Position numbers and translations under genes: made by a program. A DNA stretch of 62,609 nucleotides, filler included, from Asterionella formosa (lineage: Eukaryota): the NCBI GenBank assembly GCA_002256025.1. It is 16 parts of 16 records of this genome, joined end to end, with 100 filler letters (N's around TTAATTAATTAA, not from the genome) between each part and the next. Parts side by side here need not be neighbours in the genome. Positions count along the whole stretch, not along the records: positions 1 to 31,391 come from NKIB01000700.1; positions 31,492 to 33,478 come from NKIB01000704.1; positions 33,579 to 35,564 come from NKIB01000705.1; positions 35,665 to 37,649 come from NKIB01000706.1; 12 more parts are not named here. One strand, written 5' to 3'. Positions within the stretch are counted from its first letter, which is position 1. Every line of letters begins with the position of its first letter. A model generated the notes under the pieces. The model had not been told where the DNA came from. It saw only the letters and a list, made by a program, of their open reading frames with translations, and made no database searches. Of the stretch, positions 24,125-36,608 are shown one piece after another.

Positions 24125-25680
24125 TAAATGGCGACAAGTGGAGCATGGCTTTATACAACTGATAGCATTATTCATATGAAGAAAAATGGAACAACTTGAT
24201 CATTGCCTCTAGTCAAGATCATATTGTCCAACTGGCATGTTTGTTGGTTAATGCCTAGAAGTTATGAAACTCTGATTGTGGACAAGGAAGATACTTTCTT
24301 GGCTGTAGTCAATTGTTGTACTGCATTTTTAGTGAGGACATATTGTAGACTAAGAAGATTTGGCTTCTAGTACCATTACACCAACAGCTAGATTCCTTTC
24401 GAAAGAGAGAAGAATATAGTGAATGCTAAGAATGATAGCTAAAAGGATGGTGGAAGCATTTGCAAGGCAGCTTATTTTATTTGCTGGTAATCAAAGGATC
24501 AAAGAAACACAGTGATCCTGGAAGCTGAATATTGCTGAAAAGTTGGTGAGACAGGAGGTCTTAACAGTGCTGGCATCAACTTGTTCTGAGATATGATAAT
24601 TTGACTGGAATTGGATTGGTGACAGACTTGAAAATTTTAAAATGGCAATAATTGATGAAATTAGGAATCTTCTGGTTGATAAGGAGTCCAGAGAGGAGAC
24701 ACTTGGGCTGCCAAAGCATTAGAGGATCAGAGGAGGAAAGTTAAGTGCATGTCTTTGGTACCTGGCATGGTAGTGTGTGTGAGCTGCAGCAATGAAGAAT
24801 AGTTTCTTGGAATTTCCCGAGGGTCTGGGAGCCTTCTAGGGCAATATGGGAGAATTGGAATTGGAATTGGAAGTGGTAGGGAGGGAGGGAGGGAGGGGAA
24901 GGTTGTGGCAGTGGAAATGGGCATTCATTTGAAGAAAGAACTTCAAGAAGGTTGTGTACTAGTAGGAAAAATGCATATTCTCAGGAGGGCAAGGGTGGAT
25001 TTGGTTGATTTTTGCTGTGGAGGGACCAGCAAGTCTAGCAGAGCAAGTTGAATGGGAAGAAGAGTAGAGGTTGCAGCAATATCTAAAATGAACAAGGTGA
25101 ATGAGGAGGGTGGGTGGCAGCAGCCTGGTACTACATGGGGGAGAAAACAAGCAACTCCTTCTGGATTACCTCTGCACTATCCAAGAAAGTTCAGTATTGC
25201 AGTGCTGAAAAGTTGAAATTAATACGTTATTATCATACATATGTACCGGTAGTACATATCTTATGGACACAGCAGTACTGCTTGATAACTGGTACCAGGT
25301 ACCAGGTACCATACTCAGTACTATGGCTAAACCAGGAGTACCATCATTGTAAGGTACCGGTACCCTGGTACCAGGTACCAGGGTACCTGGTACTCCCGGG
25401 TGTAATTCCACGACTCTAGGGAAATCATGCTGTGGTAGAAAGAACCAGGTTCGGGTACCGGTACCCTTGCACTGTCAACCAGGTAATTATACCCCTTAGA
25501 CTATTTGTAGTCTACCGGTATACCACCGGTCAAAACTACCCGGTGATACCAAGTAGAACCAGTACCGGCATTTGTGTTCGTTGCTATTTGCTATACACCA
25601 TACTGTGTATGGCACCTAGGGGACGTTCATCTTCTTCCTGGAGCCAGCCTCTATTGAACAAACGCAATTGGTGCCTCGTC

Positions 25681-26733
25681 ATGTCATCTCTAGCCGCTAC
25701 ACAAGCTGATGGATACTATGTCCCTGTAGAGTATTATGAAAGTGGCGCATACAAGAATGTGTCAAAGAACCAGTTCAACGGCTCATCCGGTCACAATCAG
25801 TACCTACAGAACGGTGTCGTTCGGTTTGAACTTCCTTACGATGGCTTTTGCCAAGGATGTAGTGCTCATGTGAGCAAAGGGACTCGGTTTAACGCTCAAA
25901 AGTCCAAGGCCGGGAAGTATTTTTCAACTATCATTTGGGAATTTCGAATGAAGTGCAGAAAATGTGCCAGCAACGGATTTTTGATCAGAACGAATCCGAA
26001 AGAACAATCATTCCAATATGTTGAGGGAATAAAGCAAGCAGTCAAAGATTTTGATACGAAAGAAGCCGGTACATCGGGTGTCATTGATACAAACATTGGC
26101 AACAAGATACTTTCCCCGAGGGATGGACCAATTGATACGTCTGAGTTTGCATTAGACAGTCTACAAACAATTGCCATTGGCAAAGCCAGGGCACTGACTG
26201 AACAGGACCAGCTAAAGGAGCTTTTGCAAGCCAACAAGAAGGCATACATGGAAGACTTCTCAAATAATTCCGAGATTCGGGCGAGCTTTCGTCTAGATCG
26301 CAAACAGAAAAAGAGGCGACTAACCGCAGCGTCAAAATTGGGCTGGAGTGGAGAAATGGAGCTGTTGTCAGAGGACACAACAGATGATATTGTTGCAGCG
26401 AAATCTATAACCTATAAAAACGGAAAATATGAGGAATCAAAAAGATTTCTGTCGCTGCGAAAATCTTCCATCTTCGAAGTAAGAAAGATAGCGAAGGTGC
26501 AGAAACTAACACATGAAATGGTTCCCGATGGCGTTGTTTCAACTCCAATCAAGTGTGAGTCACAACACGTACGGTTTCAGCAGCCCCATTTGATCAAAGT
26601 GGAAAGATTGCCTCCTCGCATCAAGAAACTGGTGCACATACCGCACGTGCGCGCTGTTTCTGTAGCGACACGTGAATCAAAACATTTTTCTGCCCTGGAT
26701 TCGTTGCTTGCCTACGACTCTGATTGCGATTGA
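25681..26733 (+). CDS. CWC16-family splicing factor (CCDC130/YJU2B-like)
   Basis: MSSLAATQADGYYVP...VVRFELPYDGFCQGC...KGTRFNA.K...YFST.IWEFRMKC..C. True start is inferred at ATG 25681; the longer ORF upstream is motif-rich intergenic DNA. Confidence 0.9.
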   Translation: MSSLAATQADGYYVPVEYYESGAYKNVSKNQFNGSSGHNQYLQNGVVRFELPYDGFCQGCSAHVSKGTRFNAQKSKAGKYFSTIIWEFRMKCRKCASNGFLIRTNPKEQSFQYVEGIKQAVKDFDTKEAGTSGVIDTNIGNKILSPRDGPIDTSEFALDSLQTIAIGKARALTEQDQLKELLQANKKAYMEDFSNNSEIRASFRLDRKQKKRRLTAASKLGWSGEMELLSEDTTDDIVAAKSITYKNGKYEESKRFLSLRKSSIFEVRKIAKVQKLTHEMVPDGVVSTPIKCESQHVRFQQPHLIKVERLPPRIKKLVHIPHVRAVSVATRESKHFSALDSLLAYDSDCD

Positions 26734-26914
26734 ATACCAGATGTAAACAGCACTATGATTTATTAGGTATATTTCCATTTTGATTCATCTGATATCGACA
26801 ATTTCGCCAATGTTCCTTTTTGCCGGGTGCCACCTTTTCCGTACTGGACGAATCATAATCCAGGCAACGCTGACGAGATTTGCTCCCTTCATTGTTTGTG
26901 AAGGCAGCTCGAAG

Positions 26915-27793
26915 TTATGTCTGTTTTTTGCGTTTCTTACTTCTGCGTTTCCCTTCACGCCCCTTATATTCGGCTTCGATGGACTCGTCGCCGCTGTCAA
27001 AGTCATGGCGCGAGCGTTTTCGTTTGGACCTCTTTTTGTACTTGCGCTCTTTTTTTTTATGCTTTCGTGTCCGACGATCGACGCTTGAATCTGCATCAGC
27101 TTTTTCATCGGAATCTTCGTTAACCAATGGATACGTGTGGTTGCTGATACTGGCAGCTTTAGTCCGTTTCTTACTACTACCGAAAAGAATGGCATTTTCC
27201 AATTCTGCATCGTGCAGTGCTCTGTCGGTTCTAATATCCACACTTGGCGATTTTTGTCGCTGACTGGTTTCCACCTGCCGGCGTCGAACTGCATCCAGGT
27301 AGCTTTGAGCATTTGGACTTTGAGGATCTAATGTAATAGCTTTCTCAAGCTTCTCGATAGCTTCGTCCATTCGCCCTTGATTAGCACAGAGAGCTCCGTA
27401 TGCCACAAGAAGGTCTACATGGTCGGGAACTAGATCCAAACCTTTCTTATAGCAAGCTTCAGCTTCTCCTTCGTTTCCCGCTTTGGCGAAATCGATCCCT
27501 TCTGTCAGCTGTTTTGTTGCCCATTGCGAATTTTGAGTTCGACGTAAATCAAGGTAGTTCCAAGGCGGAAAATGATCAGGCGTCCCATTAGACCGGTCTG
27601 CCTTCATTTGACTCGTAACCTCGTCAGTATATCGCAACTTCCAGGGTATGTTGGACAGCTCCACACCGTCCACCGTCTTTTCCGCTTCAGGGACTATTGA
27701 AGCATCGTGAATTTGCTGGCTAATGGTTGATTTTAAGAATACTGAAACATCACCAACAACGGGCCCGGGCGTTTGCTTTTGTGTCGGCATCAT
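26915..27793 (-). CDS. TPR protein, TTC14-like, with K/R-rich C-terminus
   Basis: LRRTQNSQWA...G...AKAG...A..CYKKGLDLVPDHVDLLVAYGALCAN.G...AI..LEKA..LDP, followed by a basic low-complexity tail. Confidence 0.8.
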   Translation of the reverse strand: MMPTQKQTPGPVVGDVSVFLKSTISQQIHDASIVPEAEKTVDGVELSNIPWKLRYTDEVTSQMKADRSNGTPDHFPPWNYLDLRRTQNSQWATKQLTEGIDFAKAGNEGEAEACYKKGLDLVPDHVDLLVAYGALCANQGRMDEAIEKLEKAITLDPQSPNAQSYLDAVRRRQVETSQRQKSPSVDIRTDRALHDAELENAILFGSSKKRTKAASISNHTYPLVNEDSDEKADADSSVDRRTRKHKKKERKYKKRSKRKRSRHDFDSGDESIEAEYKGREGKRRSKKRKKQT

Positions 27794-28749
27794 CCATCCT
27801 TTTTAAAGGATCTTGGAGAAGCAGAGTAGTAGCTTATCTTTTCATCCGTTTGTTCTACGAAAAGGATTGTTCATCACAATGATCCATCTCCGCCATTGTC
27901 AAGACATCGCTGAAATGTTATGATTACTGCATTACCAGGTACAAAACATGTATTCCTGATGAAGGGTTAAATTGCCATGATGAATGAAAATGACTTTTGT
28001 TATGGCATGCATACCGGTATGTACTTCGACAGGAGGGGTATCTGGTAGGCAGGCAGGGCAGAGCCAACGACGTCCACGTATTTTCTTCGAAGCAAGGAAT
28101 GGGCTTGGTTGTCCGGTGCAGAAAACATATGTAGCTGCTAAACTTGCTCTGATGAATCCTGCTACCTGGTACCTGGTACCAGGTACCGTAGCTAAAAACA
28201 GACCCTCCCATTAATACCCGTAGGATAGAATCCTCGTATGGTGATGGTGGTGTATAAATAAACCGGTATATGTGTTCGAAGTTTTGGCACAGGGGTGTCT
28301 TTTTCGTAAAATTTTGCCCCCACAAAATCAGGAGGTGTACATGCCAGAAATAGGCGACCTATAGCTGGGGTACCTGGTACCAGGATACCGGTACCATATT
28401 GTAATTCTAGTATCGTCAACCTATTTCTTAGTGCCTCTACCCTTTGGTCTAATGCGACAGCTCTGATACATGGTAACTTGGCCCCCCATTGTCCATGTAG
28501 CGGTGCTGATGTAGGTGAAGTCATTCTTTGGAAGCCGAAGGAACCTATTAAATACCGTGGCTAGAAGAGGGATGGCAAAATTGCATTAAATACAGGGTCG
28601 CTAGGAAGAAGAAATACAGTGACCCAGTTGCTTGCTGTCCTCGAAAAAAAATCATCCATCATAAAATTTGGATAATCTATTGTAGCATAGTTGGTTGACA
28701 TATCATGAGCTGGTATGCACGTAATGAAACCACTGTGTGACTCTTGTAT

Positions 28750-30120
28750 TTACGCATAAGAGTCCAGCCGGCAGGACAGCAGGCGAGCCTCGATTGTTCG
28801 ACGAATATCATCTGGAACACTAGCCCTACCGTCCTTATCAAAACTTTGAATCGCTTTTGTGCACATGATCACCAAGTTTTGGCAATTTGCCGGCTTAGTC
28901 AAGTCCCATCGAACCAACTCAAGAACAGTGCCTAACCTATCGCCAGTTACGCCACATCGGTTTCTCCAAACCTCTAGAAGATATTCCACATCGTCACTGT
29001 CAACCTGAAGTGGGCCGACCCATATACCACTAACTAGCCTACCTTCGCCTTCGTCACTTCCTTGGAGACCAACTTGGGCACCTTCTTCAACAGCCTCTTG
29101 AATAATTTGTTCACGGCGCTTCAAATGTTGCCACATTCGATTGCGTACGTTGCGTCCCACACGCTCACCTGTTACCGGAGAGAAAAACTTACCCGAAAGT
29201 TCACAAACGGCCATGGCGGCAAGAGCTTGTCCCATGACAGCTGGCATCGTTCCCAGCACAGGAATCACTCGAATACGCATGCCATCGACAGCTCCAAACT
29301 GATGGACACCTTCAGCCTTTTGTTCGTCAGTGAAGTCTGCCAGCTTCACAACAGGCTTCTCGCTGCTGTAAATGACCGAAAGCCGATCCATGTCATCTAA
29401 ATAGGAGAGATCTTTCGGTAACAACCTCTTTAGGGATTGCCGGAGCTTGGAGGCAAGTGGATCTCGTGATGCGGTTCGCAAGTCCGAAATATGTAGTCTG
29501 GTGACGTCCGACTTTCCTCCTGCTCCCATACAGGAAATGGCTCGGATTTTATTTTTCAAACAATGCGCAAGGAGGGCTGCCTTTGTTGGTACATCATCGA
29601 TTGCGTCAATCACAAGATCCCATTCCTGCCCTTTGAGTAGTTCTTCACCACAGCTCTTGGTGTACATTTGTACAATATCCTCAAGGAAAAGATAGTTTGG
29701 ATCAGGACATATCCTTTCCAGGAATTTTTTGAGGCAAGTAGCTTTGGAGGTGCCGACATCTTCCAGTGTGGCACACGCATGTCGATTCAATGACGAGAGC
29801 GAGACTTGATCAAAATCAATCATTCGAAGGTGACCCACACCAGCACGAGCCAACATATGAGCTGTATGCGAACCGACGCCACCAAGCCCTACAATAACGA
29901 CTTTGGCAGCCTTCAACTTTGACATTCCTTCTTCGCCAAAGTACAGGGTGTGCCGCGACAGCTGTTCGTCCCGAAGCTCTCGAGGAATGTTGCGTGACAA
30001 TTTCTTCGCCGTGGTTCTTTTCTCTTTCCTGTTCTTGATCTTGCTCAAGAAGATAGATAGGATCAGAGTGCTGGCCGATCCCAGCAGTAGGCCGGTGAGC
30101 AAGGATTTTGAATGCAACAT
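28750..30120 (-). CDS. TCD1: tRNA threonylcarbamoyladenosine dehydratase (ThiF/E1-like, TCD1/TCD2 type)
   Basis: N-terminal TM anchor, EQLSRH..YFG, VGLGGVGS, IDFDQVSLSSLNRH, VIDAIDD, MGAGGK.D, DPLA, YSSEKP and PVLGTMPA. Confidence 0.9.
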   Translation of the reverse strand: MLHSKSLLTGLLLGSASTLILSIFLSKIKNRKEKRTTAKKLSRNIPRELRDEQLSRHTLYFGEEGMSKLKAAKVVIVGLGGVGSHTAHMLARAGVGHLRMIDFDQVSLSSLNRHACATLEDVGTSKATCLKKFLERICPDPNYLFLEDIVQMYTKSCGEELLKGQEWDLVIDAIDDVPTKAALLAHCLKNKIRAISCMGAGGKSDVTRLHISDLRTASRDPLASKLRQSLKRLLPKDLSYLDDMDRLSVIYSSEKPVVKLADFTDEQKAEGVHQFGAVDGMRIRVIPVLGTMPAVMGQALAAMAVCELSGKFFSPVTGERVGRNVRNRMWQHLKRREQIIQEAVEEGAQVGLQGSDEGEGRLVSGIWVGPLQVDSDDVEYLLEVWRNRCGVTGDRLGTVLELVRWDLTKPANCQNLVIMCTKAIQSFDKDGRASVPDDIRRTIEARLLSCRLDSYA

Positions 30121-30851
30121 ACTGTTAGTATAGTTTAAGTTTCAAAATGAAAAAGGAGCTGGTTTTGAAATTTGTTACATGAAAAAAATTCAACCAAAAG
30201 CAAGTTCGCCTTTCTATGCCCTTCATCTTTTGGCTTCCAGTATGCCCATTCCCTTCATCTTTTGGCTACCATCTATCTAGTTCATGCCGAAACCCACCTC
30301 ATCTCTGCTCGGATGATTTTTCACCTACCGGTATGCCGGTAGCAACATGCCACTTGTACTAACGAGCACGCTACCCTGGTACCATATCGAAATTTATGGC
30401 GCTTCTTACTAGCGCGCTCCAGTACTGCCCTTGAATGACCGGTCAATACCCTATCTATCTCGCGCCGCTCGTCTTGATACCGGTATGTATTACTGTATTC
30501 TGCTACTCCATCATTTACCGGTACCAAATATCCGGTCTATTTCCGTTACGACATTACTCAGACTACATCTAGTCTTCGGACACCTGTCGACATCAACAGC
30601 CTAACAGACACATTCTGACACATCTCAACCTTCTTTGCATTGTTTCATTTTCATACGTAGGACTACCGGTACCAGTTCAAATTTTACCAAAATATTTATT
30701 ATTCCGGAATATTATATGTAACCGTTGTATGTTTCACATGATACCAGGTACTGTACATCAGTAAATTTGATTTGTAATGCCTAATGTCATTCCCTGTTGC
30801 TATGGCGATTGTACCGCTAAATATTTTACTCCATAACTCACTTTCGCCTTA

Positions 30852-31391
30852 GGGCCGTTCTTATCATTCTGTTATTTGTTGTCATTGGTGTATCATCACC
30901 GAAATATGATACAAAAATGGCGGTTTGGTTTTTTTTGTGTATCACCAACGGTTTTTTTGGTCTGATCACCGGTGTATCATGGGTGTATCACTGATACAGT
31001 TTTTGGACCCCTGACCAATGCTGTATCACTGATCAAGCCGTTGATCACTGTGTATCACGTCCGTTGCCACTGATAAAATAACTGTAAATACGCAAGCACA
31101 ACACTATTAAATATTGCGCCAACTATTTTTTGTTATATATATACTACGGTACTCTGTCTACATTACCTTTCAGCTTCGTGAGTCATACAAGAATCAGTAG
31201 TCCGCTCATATCTATACCAATCTTCCAACATCGACTATATCTTGATTAATTGGCGCAATGAGCTGCAAAGTAGTGGGTACGGCTGAAACTTCTGATGCTG
31301 CCTCTATTCGCATTGATTCGGAAGAGAAGCAATGCGTTGTAGCTGATGAGGACGTCGAAGATATTGTTGAGTTGTCTACTGCTGATCCAAC
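30852..31391 (+). mobile_element. Probable DNA transposon left end (PIF/Harbinger-like terminus) with subterminal TGTATCA repeats
   Basis: TTA is followed by GGGCCGTTC at 30852. Clustered TGTATCA/TGATACA/TGATCA motifs at 30888-31060 precede a short acidic ORF start at 31258, which is cut by the contig end. Confidence 0.45.
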
Positions 31392-31491
31392 NNNNNNNNN
31401 NNNNNNNNNNNNNNNNNNNNNNNNNNNNNNNNNNNTTAATTAATTAANNNNNNNNNNNNNNNNNNNNNNNNNNNNNNNNNNNNNNNNNNNN

Positions 31492-33251
31492 ATCTCTTGA
31501 CAAATGACACACTAATGTCACCACAAAATGTGTCATTTGATTTCGTCAATCCGTGTAAAGCACCACAACCCACCAGTGTCAGATCCGAATTTCACACTGG
31601 TACCTGGTGGATAGATGCCCATGAATATTTATGTTCTCAGCCAAATGACTTCCTTGTTCCACTCATGTTCTTTATTGACAAGACACATACGGTTGAAAAA
31701 GGAAAGTACACAATGGAGCCTCTCCTAATGTCACTTGGTATATTCACTACCAATGTGAGAAATCCAGTCCCTAACAACCCCTGATCAAAAGGAATCCGAT
31801 TACCACGCTGTCCTTGTTGTGATTCTTGAGGGTGTCAAGAATGTCCAACAAGCTGGTGGATTCAAACACATTTTCAACTTCGGAAGCAATCAATTTACAC
31901 TTAATGTGAAAGTTCCGGTTGGTCTAATTCTCGGTGATGCTGAAGTTTTAGATGGACAGTGCGGACGAAAGAAAACATATCTAAAGACTGCCAGAATGTG
32001 TTGTGAATGTGATTGTCCATTTGATCAAACGGAAAATCCATCTCATGAATGCAGTCCTGTAGGTCAGATTGATTACGAGGAACTATTAATCCGGGGCATA
32101 AAAGATTTATTGGATAATTTGAGCCAAAGATTCATCTATCCCTTTTGGTATCAGTTGTGTTTTGGTGGCGATCCTTTTGGTGTTAATGGGCATGTTCCTC
32201 CTGAAAAACTCCATTCCATTCAAGAAGGAAAAATGGATCACCTCATGGAGCTATATTCTTATATGATCGGGCGCCCCAAAACAGTGAAGGGTAATTCCAA
32301 TCGAAAACTGTTTGACCAGTTGTTCAACAAAATATCTAAATTCTTCCTTCACCAGAGTGACCGAGACCTTCCTTGTTGTTCCTTCAATTTCGGCTTTCAT
32401 GGTTGCAAAACGAAAATAACTGCTAACGAAAGAATCGGAGTGATGCTTAGCTATTGCCTGTGTTGTCATGGCATGTGATGCTGGAATCAAAATCTGCCGA
32501 GAAGAAAGTGGTATGACCAATCAAGAAATTCGAAACTTTCAAGGTCTATTCGAAGGGATGCTCTGCTACAATGCCTGGTTTAGTAAAGAGAGCTATGATG
32601 TGGGAAATTTACCAGAGGAACACCAAAGCGTTGTCAACTATTTTACTAAGCTGGTGAGAAAAGAATGCCCGAGAACAACAACCTCTCAGGGATGGAAGCT
32701 TGCGAAGTTTCACCAACAGATGCATACTGTAATAAACATTCATCATTTCGGAAGTCCACAGGTTTTTAACGGAGACCCAATGGAAAAGAATCTTAAATTC
32801 TTGTGTAAATTACCAGCCAGGACTTCCCAGAAACGCAAAGATGTGATGGATATTCAAAGTGGGGCGAGAATAGTGGAGAACATGGTGATCGGAACCGCTT
32901 GTAGTCAGTTTCTTGGCGAAGATATTGGAGATTTACAATACAAATTGGGAGCTGTCCCAGTTGACGTTGGAATTGTGAAATCCAAAACAGGAGGTACTCG
33001 ATATTCTCTTCTGATTGAAGAAGATGGAAATAATGAATTTGAGATTGCCAGGGTTACATCATCATCAAGTAGCATCTGCAAAACTGGGGTTGACCGAGAT
33101 CTGGTGCGAGTTCTAGGCGCCCAACTCCTTCCTTTCATTTTGTCAATGGAAATTGAAGTGATGTGCGACCACAATCGTAGTGACAACGTAATATTTCATG
33201 CCCATCCAAGCTACCGTGGTGGTCATTCCTGGTATGATTGGGCAGAGTTCC
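31492..33251 (+). mobile_element. Plavaka-type (CACTA/EnSpm-related) transposase, frameshifted
   Basis: EFHTGTWW, PLMFFIDKTH, MEPLLMSLGIF, ILGDAE..D..CGR, RMCCECDC, KLAKFHQQMH..I..FGSP..F.G.P.E, and FHAHPSYRG..SWYDW, spread across three ORFs. Confidence 0.75.
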
Positions 33252-33578
33252 TCTGCAAATAAAAACTATCATATTTCCATGATGCATCATAGGATTGTGA
33301 TCATCTGATTATAATTTTTCGTTATATCATCCAATAATTTTGATAAATGCCTTTGTAATTTAAATAGTAACCCTTTTGACTACATATATTTAATTATTAT
33401 ATGTATTGTTTCTATTTGATTCCTGTATTCGAATTTCTTGGTAGGATAATGTACCAGTTCAAGTAATGTAATTTGGCTNNNNNNNNNNNNNNNNNNNNNN
33501 NNNNNNNNNNNNNNNNNNNNNNTTAATTAATTAANNNNNNNNNNNNNNNNNNNNNNNNNNNNNNNNNNNNNNNNNNNN

Positions 33579-35564
33579 TCACAACTCCCTCCGAGGAGCC
33601 ATGCCAACCGTTGTTGGTCAAAACCGAGGGCGAAATTCGGCCCTAACGTCCGAACTTTCGCGATCAATTCTGCCATGTGTGGCTCGGTACGTAGAACACG
33701 CCACCGACCACACGTGAACACTAAGTGTTCCAGCGTTTCTGGTTCATCCATACCACAAAATGGACACTTCCTCAAATACCTATGAGGCATTCGCTTCCAC
33801 CCCACCAAGGTGGGGACAGTTACAAATGCCCCAATCCGACACCGAACTATCAAAGCCAGTCCTGCTTGGTCTTTGGGACTGCCCCCCACACGTGACCGTG
33901 TGAGTGGATGCTTGTCAAATCCGGCTCCCTCATACCACACTGTGCGGGCCCCCGACGGACGAGTCAAGTTCCGTCGGATCCCACACTCTCTCTCCAAAAT
34001 GCATGCTTTCACTACCTCAGCCAGTACCTTTGGTTCCAGGCTCTGCCATCCAGCACCCAAGTACCGGTACCTCTCCACAATAGACACCGGTGCATGGGGG
34101 AGCGCATAGCGTTTCAGCCAGCGCGGAACCCCTGAACACCATGTCCATTTCTGACTTCGGAATGGTCTTAGGACCAATTCCTGAAGCCAGGTTTTGAGAC
34201 CCGAGGCCTTGGCATAAGCTCTGGCCCGTCGGGCACCCGCCAAGGCACACATTGGCAACATCCGTGCCTCCTTCCAAAGGCCTACTGATGGCACATCCCC
34301 TGCCCTCCTGGCTCCAATGCTAGCCCTAAGGCATCGGTTCAGAAGAACCTGCATTTTGTCCGTAAGGTGACGGTTCATACCATACAGCTCAGCCCCAAAA
34401 AGGAGGCGGGGGGCAACTACTCCTGCAACAGTCAGCAAACGCATGGCCATTGGTACCACCGGGCACCGTAGAAACGGTACCAAGGTGGCAACTGTGGCCC
34501 GCCCTTGCTTGACTCTATGGTCCACCATAGACGAGATAGACAGACCTGGTGTCATGAGGACACCCAGATACATATATCTGTCCACAACAGGGAGTGGAAG
34601 TCCCTCCAGTTCCAGTCCAGCCACATCTTGTCCAGGGACAAGCGGTTCGGTGGCCGGGTCTGGGTCTGGCGGTAGGAATTCCATCAGCCCGCACTTCCCT
34701 ATGCCCACACTCATCTCGTTAGCTGTAACCCAGTTGGTAACGTGCGTACAGAACCGTTTGGCCGCCTCCTGGGAGGGGCAGATTCCGGCCGCATCATCAG
34801 CAAAGAGGGTACATCCCACTGTCAGTGTGGAGTTCCGCCATGTGCGACTGTCCCCAGTTGGTACCAGGGCACCGCTCTCCTCCGTCCCCACTGCCAAGTC
34901 ATCAATGAAGATGTTGAACAGTATAGGCGAAAGAGGGCAACCCTGCCGCACACCTCGCAACAGTCTGCAGGGGTCCGAGTAAAGGGCAGTCAAGCCACCC
35001 CCCACTCGTACCCTGATTGTCCGAACTTTCGCGATCAATTCTGCCATGTGTGGCTCGGTGCGTAGACCACGCCACCGACCACACGTGAACACTAAGTGTT
35101 CCAGCGTTTCTGGTTCATCCATACCACAAAATGGACACTTCCTCAAATACCTATGAGGCATTCGCTTCCACCCCACCAAGGTGGGGACAGTTACAAATGC
35201 CCCAATCCGACACCGAACTATCAAAGCCAGTCCTGCTTGGTCTTTGGGACTGCCCCCCACACGTGAACGTGTGAGTGGATGCTTGTCAAATCCGGCTCCC
35301 TCATACCACACTGTGCGGGCCCCCGACGGACGAGTCAAGTTCCGTCGGATCCCACACTCTCTCTCCAAGATGCATGCTTTCACTACCTCAGCCAGTACCT
35401 TTGGTTCCAGGCTCTGCCATCCAGCACCCAAGTACCGGTACCTCTCCACAATAGACACCGGTGCATGGGGGAGCGCATAGCGTTTCAGCCAGCGCGGAAC
35501 CCCTGAGCACCATGTCCATTTCTGACTTCGGAATGGTCTTAGGACCAATTCCTGAAGCCAGGTT
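33579..35564 (-). mobile_element. Non-LTR retrotransposon (LINE) RT + C-terminal zinc knuckle, with in-frame tandem duplication
   Basis: GVRQGCPLSPILFNIFIDDL, LFADD, YMYLG and CPFCG...ETLEHLVFTC. 33648-34193 is repeated at 35019-35564. Confidence 0.92.
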
Positions 35565-36420
35565 NNNNNNNNNNNNNNNNNNNNNNNNNNNNNNNNNNNN
35601 NNNNNNNNTTAATTAATTAANNNNNNNNNNNNNNNNNNNNNNNNNNNNNNNNNNNNNNNNNNNNCCAAGGAAGATTTGAGGTTGATTGTCATTTTGCTTG
35701 ATCAACAATGCGTGGCAACAAGTGTTTGAGTGGAACAATGAAAAGAACAAAAAAAATTGATTCGCTTGGTTTTGACTTACTTCGAGAGTCAACTATCATT
35801 CAAAGATCAACTCAAGCACATCCTCAAGCATGAGTTCTACCATAAGCCAAAATCGACTTCGCATCGCTGAAGGCAATCGTGTTATGTCGAGAGAACGCGC
35901 GTGCCTGGTGTCAATTTTCTAACAAAAAATCGTAAATAAATAGTTGAAGTTGAAGACAATTCCATGACGCATCAAGAAAATAAGCGTGACTGGTGTCAAT
36001 TTTAACAAAAGATCGTCTTCGCATTGCTAAATGCAGTCCTGTGATGTATCAAGAATACAACCACCATTTCAAGCGTAAATTTGTACATAATAATTTTATA
36101 CTCAGTGGCAATGACAGGGCACATGCATCTTAATGCAACCGACCACGCATGGAATATGAAACAACGGTCAAACATAAGGTTCATGGAGTTAACATTACTA
36201 ACACTACTAACCTTGTTCCTGTTCGGAATCCGGGTCCTGTTCCTCTCCTGGCTGGCGTAGAAATTCTACGCGGAGCAAATTTTCATACTAACACAGCTTA
36301 CCGGTACTCTATTCATGTTTTCTTCCGTGCGTGTTTTATACAAGCAAATCCATGGGTTAACCCTATGATGATGTCTGGTTAGGGTACTGTGCCGATGGCC
36401 ATACCTGCCGACAATTATGA

Positions 36421-36608
36421 ATCTGCCCCGGAAATTTTAGTGGTCATGAACCCTCCTGTTGGTTAGTTAGTGGCCGATGTGCCTAATAAAAAACCAGCAG
36501 AATGCTGAACATATCTGCCCAGGAAATTTTAGTGGTCATGAACCCTCCTGTTGGTCAGTTAGTGGCCGATGTACCTAATAAAAAAAACCAGCAGAATGCT
36601 GAACATAT
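36421..36608. repeat. Tandem duplication of ~92 bp
   Basis: ATCTGCCC..GGAAATTTTAGTGGTCATGAACCCTCCTG...GCTGAACAT occurs at 36421 and 36513, nearly identical. Confidence 0.9.

Noticed and set aside
25432..25680. N-terminal extension of the CWC16-family ORF
   Set aside because: It has a non-ATG start and is made of TACC/GGTA motif-rich intergenic DNA. Family homology starts at ATG 25681.
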